This document shows, in pieces, positions 1-6,052 of a stretch of 64,000 nucleotides of DNA; position 1 is the stretch's first letter; every line of letters starts with the position of its first letter. The notes under the pieces are model-generated. The model was not told the DNA's origin and did no database searches. It worked only from the letters and a program-made list of their open reading frames with translations. The DNA comes from Candidatus Chisholmbacteria bacterium RIFCSPHIGHO2_01_FULL_52_32 (GTDB lineage: Bacteria > Patescibacteriota > Microgenomatia > UBA1400 > Chisholmbacteraceae), in NCBI GenBank assembly GCA_001816585.1, contig MHCJ01000003.1, positions 348,228 to 412,227 of the forward strand. The letters run 5' to 3'. The translations under genes and the position numbers were made by a program.

Positions 1-943
1 TCTGTTCGATGATTCCTTTGAGAATCCACCAATCTTTCAATTTGCCCTCGAGCTCCAGATGAAATTGTGCTTCCTCGTTTGCAGCTGTTACTCCCAGCCT
101 TGGATCCCTCGAAACAAGAATCGGTGTACGTACTTTTGGCTCGGAAAGATCCGCAAACAAGAGCTGAGCCGCTATGTGACGACGACGCACCTCTGGAGGG
201 CAGCCTTTGAGGCTGACAACCAGTGGAAAGCCGGTGAATATGCCTTTGTCCACCACCCGGTTGGAAAAGCGTGTGACGAGGTATGAAAACGCCTGGGTAT
301 CCGCAGGGAGATCGGGATCCACGGTCGGCTGGAGTTCATGAAGATCCTTTGCGTCGTCAACAATGAGATCCGGCAATCCGGAGATTGCCAGAACCTTCAA
401 CGGGCCGGTTGGCTCTTTCTTGGTCAGTGCATGGAACATCAGATGTGCTAAGTGTTGATCAACACCCTCTGCCTGCAATGGACCCTCTGCCATAGGCTGA
501 AGGTCTACCAATAGAGATCGAAACTGCTTGCTTTGAGCAAACATGCGGGGAATGAGATCTTCCGGACGGGGCATCACTCTTGTTTTGTAAATCCTCTCTG
601 AAACGATTGCCCCTCTTGCCAGAGCCTCCGCTTTGGACTTGCCGGGTTCAAACGAATAGGTGTACACACCGTTGATATTGAGACCCTCAGGATAGTACCC
701 AAGTCTTTTCCCTAACTCAAATTGGGTGTCCGCACTAACTCGTGCGGCGGCGGCAAGGTACGGGGTCCAATTTTGTTTGTCGAGGACCGTAGGAAATTTT
801 GACTTTGAATCTGAAATACGCCCTATGACGGCGTGCATTTCAAGTGAGGGAAGGGTCACAGCATTCAGCGCTCTCTTCGCCTCAGTCTGGGTTTGGACCT
901 CACTGGTTTCTGATGGTGTTGGACTCTCTGGACTGTTCGCCAT
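1..943 (-). CDS. hypothetical protein, N-terminal about 314 codons; gene continues past the window start (edge-truncated, so absent from the ORF track)
   Basis: Manual minus-strand translation from ATG at 943..941 (MANSPESPTPSETSEV...) runs to position 1 with no stop in the checked stretches. A -10-like TATAAT at 969..974 (minus) lies just upstream. No recognisable family motif. Confidence 0.5.
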   Translation of the reverse strand, partial: MANSPESPTPSETSEVQTQTEAKRALNAVTLPSLEMHAVIGRISDSKSKFPTVLDKQNWTPYLAAAARVSADTQFELGKRLGYYPEGLNINGVYTYSFEPGKSKAEALARGAIVSERIYKTRVMPRPEDLIPRMFAQSKQFRSLLVDLQPMAEGPLQAEGVDQHLAHLMFHALTKKEPTGPLKVLAISGLPDLIVDDAKDLHELQPTVDPDLPADTQAFSYLVTRFSNRVVDKGIFTGFPLVVSLKGCPPEVRRRHIAAQLLFADLSEPKVRTPILVSRDPRLGVTAANEEAQFHLELEGKLKDWWILKGIIEQ

Positions 944-1022
944 GCTTCGATATTCCTTCGGGTACGGCATTATAACACCATTGCCGCTGTCTGTCTAGAA
1001 ACGAGCTAGAATCCCCACTTGG

Positions 1023-1071
1023 CTGATAGCAGATAGCAGTGGGCGAATAACAGATAGCTGATTGCAGATAG
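1023..1071. repeat. four direct copies of the heptamer CAGATAG/CTGATAG, upstream of the 1..943 gene and downstream of tRNA-Val
   Basis: ctgatag 1023-1029, cagatag 1030-1036, cagatag 1051-1057, cagatag 1065-1071, read directly from the sequence. Confidence 0.6.
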
Positions 1072-1116
1072 TGAAGACCGGAAGCTGGGGATTTGGAGAG
1101 TTTTGATAAAGGAAAG

Positions 1117-1188
1117 TGGGTGCTGCTGGATTCGAACCGGCGACCTGTCCGATGTGAACGGACCGCTCTGCCGCTGAGCTAAGCACCC
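1117..1188 (-). tRNA. tRNA-Val (anticodon CAC), 72 nt, no encoded CCA
   Basis: The reverse complement gggtgcttagctcagcggcagagcggtccgttcacatcggacaggtcgccggttcgaatccagcagcaccca folds as a cloverleaf. It has a 7-bp acceptor stem, D arm GCUC/GAGC, anticodon stem GUCCG/CGGAC with loop UUCACAU (anticodon CAC), variable AGGUC, and a T arm GCCGG-UUCGAAU-CCAGC with one C-A mismatch. Confidence 0.85.
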
Positions 1189-1451
1189 AAAATGAGTTCT
1201 TCTAGGATCCTACGGCTTTTTTGACGTTTGAGCTGATATTCAGTTTGTCTTGCTTCTTTTAAATGTTGGAATTCCCGATGGTAAACCAGTCTCCATGGTC
1301 TCGTAAGGCTGGTATATTTTACCAAACCTAGATTGTGTTCTCGCAATCTCCTTGTAAGATTATTTGTCGAACCGATATAGTATCTAAGGTTCTTCTGGCT
1401 TTGGATGATATAGAGATAACCCTTCATCAAACCATGACCTGTCCGATGCAT
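1179..1451 (-). CDS. small GIY-YIG nuclease-domain protein (UPF0213/YhbQ-like). The likely true start is the internal Met at 1427 (MKGYLYIIQ...). The stop lies inside the tRNA-Val 5' end.
   Basis: The translation carries the GIY-YIG signature: KGYLYIIQSQKNLRYYIGSTNNLTRRLREHN (GIY...YIG...R...E..N), followed by a basic C-terminal tail. About 82-90 aa, typical for stand-alone GIY-YIG proteins. Confidence 0.75.
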   Translation of the reverse strand: MHRTGHGLMKGYLYIIQSQKNLRYYIGSTNNLTRRLREHNLGLVKYTSLTRPWRLVYHREFQHLKEARQTEYQLKRQKSRRILEELILGA

Positions 1452-1481
1452 CGGACCGCTCTACCACTGAGCTACGCGAGC
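1436..1481 (-). other. degenerate 5' tRNA-like fragment (acceptor 5' strand, D arm, anticodon stem); the anticodon loop is collapsed into a 16-nt perfect palindrome
   Basis: The reverse complement gctcgcgtagctcagtggtagagcggtccgatgcatcggacaggtc matches tRNA positions 1-48 (D arm GCUCAGUGGUAGAGC). The anticodon arm is gtccgatgcatcggac with a 6-nt loop, and no T arm or 3' acceptor strand follows. The first ATG of the GIY-YIG ORF sits in this loop. Confidence 0.5.
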
Positions 1482-1502
1482 ATTTCTTTTTAGGCCGATC
1501 CG

Positions 1503-2144
1503 GTGCTATTATATCAACCCTTGTCAGATCACGGAAGGTATCGCATAATCACTCCTATGCACCGTTTAGGGAGATTGTTTCGGATCATCGTCCAGTTTTT
1601 CCTGGATATCGTTGAGACCGTTGTGGTCGGCCTCGCGATGTTTGTGGTCATCTATCTGTTTCTGGTCCAGCCGCACCAGGTGAACGGAAATTCCATGTGG
1701 CCTAATTTCTTGGACGGGGAATACCTGTTAACGGATAAATTTTCCTATCGTCTGCGGGAACCAAAGCGAGGGGATGTCATTATCTTTCTCGCACCTTCCG
1801 GAGCACGCTGTCCCCAGGAGCTTCACTGTGATTTCGTAAAACGGATCATCGGTTTACCTGCGGAACGAGTCGTCATCACAGAGGGAAAGATCTTTATCAA
1901 TGGTACACAACTAACTGAGTCCTATATTCCCAGTGATCCCGGTTTTTTCACCGCCACAACCAATAATTCCTTGGATGTCGTTCTCGGTCCTGAGGACTAC
2001 TTCGTGCTTGGCGATAATCGCGGCCACTCCAGCGATTCCCGCGCTTGGGGTACAGTCCCCCGGGACAATATCGTCGGCCGGGCTTGGTTTCGATATTGGC
2101 CTCCGAAGCGGGTGGGTTTTATTGCTGATGCAGCGTACAGATAG
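1503..2144 (+). CDS. lepB: signal peptidase I
   Basis: Motifs NGNSMWP (Ser box), KRIIGLPAERV (Lys box), YFVLGDNRGHSSDSRAWG, and an N-terminal TM helix. The start could be 1503 or the Met at 1557. Confidence 0.85.
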   Translation: MLLYQPLSDHGRYRIITPMHRLGRLFRIIVQFFLDIVETVVVGLAMFVVIYLFLVQPHQVNGNSMWPNFLDGEYLLTDKFSYRLREPKRGDVIIFLAPSGARCPQELHCDFVKRIIGLPAERVVITEGKIFINGTQLTESYIPSDPGFFTATTNNSLDVVLGPEDYFVLGDNRGHSSDSRAWGTVPRDNIVGRAWFRYWPPKRVGFIADAAYR

Positions 2145-2149
2145 GAAAG

Positions 2150-2204
<55 letters not shown>

Positions 2205-3053
2205 CTAGGAAGTGATGGCGCGGTAGATTTTCTGGAGTTGAGCTTCTGTTTCTTCCGGTGAGCCTTTGATAACGACACTCAGTTTGGTTTCAACACGTGA
2301 CCGCTTTAAGGAAATCTTCGTATTTTCTCCCAGCGCTTTTGTCAAGGCTTCCTGCATCCTGTCGATCTTGTCGCTGACGATAAGTTGTTCATCCATCCTT
2401 TTTCTCCGGTGACCCTGTTTCATCCTTCGGGCAAGCTCCTCGGCTCTCCTCACCGAACCTGCCTCGTGAAGGATGATTTTATACGCCTCCGTCATCACCC
2501 GTTCCTCTTGGATCGCCGCCAGGGCCCTGGCGTGCCCTTCCGTGATCATTGCCGAGAGCAAACCGTCCTTGAGGGCATCGGGAAGGGTGAGCAGTCGAAG
2601 AGAATTGGAGACAAACGCAGCGCTTTTGCCGACCCGTTTGGCTATTTCACCGGTTGTGAGATCAAACTCAGCAATGAGGCGTTGGAACGCCTTGCCCCGT
2701 TCGATCGGATTTAAATCCGTGCGCTGCACATTTTCAACCAGGGCCATTTCTAACATGCCTCTGGGCGTGGTTTCCTTGATAAGAACAGGTACCTCTTTTA
2801 AACCGGCGATTTTTGCGGCTCTCCAGCGGCGCTCTCCGGCGATAATTTGGTATCCTGCCGGGGTATGGGCAACCACCAACGGCTCGAGCACCCCGTGTTC
2901 TCTTACCGACTCCACAAGATCTTCCAAGGTGTCGGGAGTAATCGATCCTCTCGGCTGGAGCGGGTTGGGCTCGAGTTGATCGATCGGGAGCTCTGAAGGC
3001 TTTTTCGTATCTTCTGCCATCTTAGCTTTCCACGGAAACCGTCTGTTTCCCAA
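2205..3053 (-). CDS. parB: ParB/Spo0J chromosome-partitioning protein (start probably the Met at 3020)
   Basis: ParB N-terminal domain with the GERRWRAA CTP-binding box (QIIAGERRWRAAKIAGLKEVPV), a helix-turn-helix region GEIAKRVGKSAAFVSNSLRLL, and a C-terminal dimerisation tail. No parA is adjacent in this window. Confidence 0.85.
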   Translation of the reverse strand: MGNRRFPWKAKMAEDTKKPSELPIDQLEPNPLQPRGSITPDTLEDLVESVREHGVLEPLVVAHTPAGYQIIAGERRWRAAKIAGLKEVPVLIKETTPRGMLEMALVENVQRTDLNPIERGKAFQRLIAEFDLTTGEIAKRVGKSAAFVSNSLRLLTLPDALKDGLLSAMITEGHARALAAIQEERVMTEAYKIILHEAGSVRRAEELARRMKQGHRRKRMDEQLIVSDKIDRMQEALTKALGENTKISLKRSRVETKLSVVIKGSPEETEAQLQKIYRAITS

Positions 3054-3270
3054 GCTTCGTTTTAAAGACCACTCTTCCCTCCTTCATTGCGTAGAGCGTG
3101 TGGTCCCTGCCCATCCCAACCCCTCTTGCGGGATGAAAGACGCTACCCCGCTGACGGACAATGATTGCGCCGCTTTTCACCGATTGTCCGCCGAAGATTT
3201 TCACCCCTAACCGTTTTCCTGGTCTGGTCGTATGCTGGGCGGTTTTTCCTGCCTGTTTGGTTTTCGCCAT
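3022..3270 (-). CDS. rpmA: 50S ribosomal protein L27
   Basis: KRLGVKIFGGQSVKSGAIIVRQRGSVFHPARGVGMGRDHTLYA matches the L27 consensus (GVKRFGG...IIVRQRGT.FHPG.NVGMGKDHTLFA). Confidence 0.9.
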   Translation of the reverse strand: MAKTKQAGKTAQHTTRPGKRLGVKIFGGQSVKSGAIIVRQRGSVFHPARGVGMGRDHTLYAMKEGRVVFKTKLGKQTVSVES

Positions 3271-3282
3271 GTCTTTTCCCTC

Positions 3283-4440
3283 TTACGTCAACTCAAGTAC
3301 GTAAATCAATCGTCTGACCACCGCATCTTCCCGTTCGTAATCGAGTGGTCCAGCGACGAGAGTATAGCCAAGGTTTTCACGCCTGTCAATGATAAGATCG
3401 GCTGCTTCGACGAGTTCTCCCATGTGTATTTCGGGAATCACCAGAACCAGCCGGCCTCCTTTCTTCAGACATTTCTTCCAATTTTTAACCGCTCCCAGAT
3501 ACAATTTGTTGAGTCCTTTGATGAGGTTCTTCACCTTTTTTTCGATCAAATTGGGGGGGCCCAAGAACGGCTCCGTGACAATCGCATCCACCTTCAAATC
3601 AATCGCTTGTGCCATTTTCGTCGCATCCGACTGTACCACTTTCCAGTTTGCCTTTTTCCCTGTCTCACGGGCAAGCCAGGTGAGGTTTTTTTTGGTCCCT
3701 TCGACTTGCTCTTTGTTTTGATCGCCGTTTATCGTGTTTATATCGAGCATCATGGCTTCCATCGCAATCGTCCCGGTGCCGCAAAAAGGATCAAGTATTA
3801 GGCTGTCTTTCGAAGGGGGGCGCGGAAACGCGAGGTTGACCATCTGTCGGGCGATTTTCGGCGGTAACATGCCCGACCTTGGATTCACGTAGGGCCGTTG
3901 ATAGTCACGTTTGGCAAAACCTTCGAAGTCCTGGACGGTACACGTTTTTGCAATCTCAACTTCAGCGTCCGTCCAAATCAGATATAACTCCGTTACCCCT
4001 CCGAGAGCTACCTGGGCACTGGTTAATTCATCACTCTTGGTCGGCAAGACGTATCTTGAAACAATACCCTCGCTCGTTAGCCTGTCTTTGAGCTCACGCG
4101 GGATGAGGAAGCGTTGGTTCGGATGGGGATTTCCAACAATAGAGATCCCGAAGGTCAATTTCGGTTTGCCGATGGCTTCGTTCCGAAGCACCCTAGTTAG
4201 TTTCTCCATGAAATCCCGCGTCGTTGCTCTGCCTCCCAGGATGCCGATTTTTATCGTGCCGCCGAGTACCTGTTGGAGTAGATTGGGATCAAATTCTTGT
4301 TTCGTTCGGACGAGAACCGTGTGATGAAGGCGGATGAAACTCGGTGACTGTTTGGCTGGTCGTGTTCGCCGAAGAACCGTTTGAAGCTCAATATAGGCAA
4401 GTTCCGTCTTTCTCCCGAGAATTACGAGGTAGCGCTTCAT
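3283..4440 (-). CDS. THUMP-domain class I SAM-dependent RNA methyltransferase (RlmL/Trm14-like, guanine-N2 type)
   Basis: DPFCGTGTIAMEA SAM-binding motif I, then a VTEPF-like motif IV in IVTEPFLGPP; the N-terminal half has a THUMP-like fold. Sits between rplU and rpmA. Confidence 0.7.
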   Translation of the reverse strand: MKRYLVILGRKTELAYIELQTVLRRTRPAKQSPSFIRLHHTVLVRTKQEFDPNLLQQVLGGTIKIGILGGRATTRDFMEKLTRVLRNEAIGKPKLTFGISIVGNPHPNQRFLIPRELKDRLTSEGIVSRYVLPTKSDELTSAQVALGGVTELYLIWTDAEVEIAKTCTVQDFEGFAKRDYQRPYVNPRSGMLPPKIARQMVNLAFPRPPSKDSLILDPFCGTGTIAMEAMMLDINTINGDQNKEQVEGTKKNLTWLARETGKKANWKVVQSDATKMAQAIDLKVDAIVTEPFLGPPNLIEKKVKNLIKGLNKLYLGAVKNWKKCLKKGGRLVLVIPEIHMGELVEAADLIIDRRENLGYTLVAGPLDYEREDAVVRRLIYVLELT

Positions 4441-4778
4441 GCCTTTGTCGAACGTTTGCGCGTCTTGTCCGCAAATGCTTCGATCTTCACCAATGTGAGT
4501 TGCTGCCGATGTCCGCGGACCTTTCTGTATCTCGATTTGGCTTTGTAAACCGCGACTCGAATTTTCTTCCCTTTGGTTTGCCTGGTGATCCTGCCTGCCA
4601 CGCTCGTCTTTCCCAAGGTCGGTTGCCCAATCTGTCTTGTCTCGCCATCAACCAGAAGGAGGACTTCATCGAATGTTACCTTGTCTCCTTCTTTTCCCTC
4701 AATTCTATCGATGAGGATTTCTTGATCTTCCTCTACCTTGTATTGTTTCCCGCCGGTTACAACGATTGCGTATTTCAT
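4437..4778 (-). CDS. rplU: 50S ribosomal protein L21
   Basis: MKYAIVVTGGKQYKVEEDQEILIDRIEG matches the L21 N-terminal consensus (MYAVIETGGKQYKV). Basic C-terminal tail. Confidence 0.9.
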   Translation of the reverse strand: MKYAIVVTGGKQYKVEEDQEILIDRIEGKEGDKVTFDEVLLLVDGETRQIGQPTLGKTSVAGRITRQTKGKKIRVAVYKAKSRYRKVRGHRQQLTLVKIEAFADKTRKRSTKA

Positions 4779-4789
4779 ATGAAATAGGG

Positions 4790-4916
4790 TTTAAGGTAAA
4801 AAAGTTTAAAGTGTAAAGTGTAAAGTTAAAAGTTGCAGTTTAAAGTTACAAGTTAGGAGAGAAACTTTTAATTTTGAAATTTATTTTTGAACTTTTACTT
4901 TTGAATTTTTAACTAT
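4790..4916. repeat. AT-rich degenerate AAAGTx repeat tract upstream of rplU (UP-element-like phased A/T tracts; candidate strong ribosomal-protein promoter)
   Basis: gtttaaagtgtaaagtgtaaagttaaaagttgcagtttaaagttacaagtt, followed by aacttttaattttgaaatttatttttgaacttttacttttgaattttt. Read directly. Confidence 0.5.
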
Positions 4917-4963
4917 AGACTTCTCCTCCTTCCTCCTTAAGGTGGTAATTATACCGCTTTCCC

Positions 4964-6037
4964 CTAGTGGATTTCAATCGACACCTCGGGTTTTATCCGT
5001 CTTCCTACCGATTGGACAAGTCCGAGACTGACTGCCGTTGCAATGAGGGAGCTTCCACCAGAAGAAATGAGGGGTAAAGTGATCCCTGTTATCGGTATAA
5101 GGCCGACATTCATCCCGATGTTCACCGCCACCTGAAAGGTAATCATCGTAAACACACCCACGGTGATGAGGCTGCCGAACAAATCGGGGCTGCTTTTGGC
5201 GATTTTTATCAGACGCATCAAGAGCGCCAGATAACAGAACAGCACAATCGCCGCCCCAATGAATCCCAGTTCCTCCGCCAGGGCTGCAAAGATAAAATCG
5301 CTGTGTCGCTCGGGTAAAAATCGGAGTTGTGATTGGGTTCCGTGTCCCAAGCCGCGACCGAACAGTTGCCCCGATCCTACGGCAATCACAGACTGGATCA
5401 CGCTGTACCCACTTCCGAGAGGATCGGAGTAGGGATCGATAAATGAAGAGAGGCGCTCCCTCTGATACGGAGCCAGAAGTTTCAAAAAACCGGGAAGCAG
5501 AAGCACCGCTCCGCCAAGAAGCATGCCCAGGAACCGGAGAGATACTCCCCTTCCTATGGCTATCATAATTCCGACTGCCCCGAGAACCAATGCGCTCCCC
5601 AGGTCCGGCTGTTTCAGCACCAGCAGGAGCGGAATCACCAGTAAGGCTATATACCCCAGGAGCAGTTTGGTTTGACGAAGATCGAAGCGTTCTGCGAAGT
5701 AGGCCAGCGTGAGGATCATCAGCGGCTTTGCCAGCTCCGAAGCCTGGATCGTCAGAGGACCGATGGCGATCCAACGGATCGACCCGCGGGTTACCTGGCC
5801 GAAGATAAAGGTTGTGATTAAAAAAAGGAGCGCTGTTACATAGAATGCCGGCGAAAATATCCGCAGCATTCGGTAATCGACGGAGGAGACCAGCACAAAC
5901 GTCAGGAGTGCAATTGCGATGTAGAACCCGTGCTGAGGAAATTCTTGAGGGACGAGGCTTTGCAACACCGCCAGCGAAAAAGTGAGGAGGATGACAATCG
6001 GAGCCACAATCCAGAGGTCGAATAACCCTTTTTGCAT
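4964..6037 (-). CDS. SEDS-family peptidoglycan polymerase (RodA/FtsW family). A second copy outside the dcw cluster, so probably RodA-like.
   Basis: About 10 TM helices and FtsW/RodA signature segments (SELAKP..., ERHSDFIFAALAEELGFIG, PITGITLPLISSGGSS). Confidence 0.85.
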   Translation of the reverse strand: MQKGLFDLWIVAPIVILLTFSLAVLQSLVPQEFPQHGFYIAIALLTFVLVSSVDYRMLRIFSPAFYVTALLFLITTFIFGQVTRGSIRWIAIGPLTIQASELAKPLMILTLAYFAERFDLRQTKLLLGYIALLVIPLLLVLKQPDLGSALVLGAVGIMIAIGRGVSLRFLGMLLGGAVLLLPGFLKLLAPYQRERLSSFIDPYSDPLGSGYSVIQSVIAVGSGQLFGRGLGHGTQSQLRFLPERHSDFIFAALAEELGFIGAAIVLFCYLALLMRLIKIAKSSPDLFGSLITVGVFTMITFQVAVNIGMNVGLIPITGITLPLISSGGSSLIATAVSLGLVQSVGRRIKPEVSIEIH

Positions 6038-6052
6038 CGTTTATATCCGTCC

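Noticed and set aside
1117-1490. Possibility that the tRNA fragment and tRNA-Val are halves of one intron-containing or split tRNA harbouring the GIY-YIG ORF
   Set aside because: The fragment's acceptor strand GCUCGCG cannot pair with the tRNA-Val 3' strand AGCACCC, and tRNA-Val is complete on its own. So the fragment is a partial duplicate or pseudo-tRNA, not an exon.
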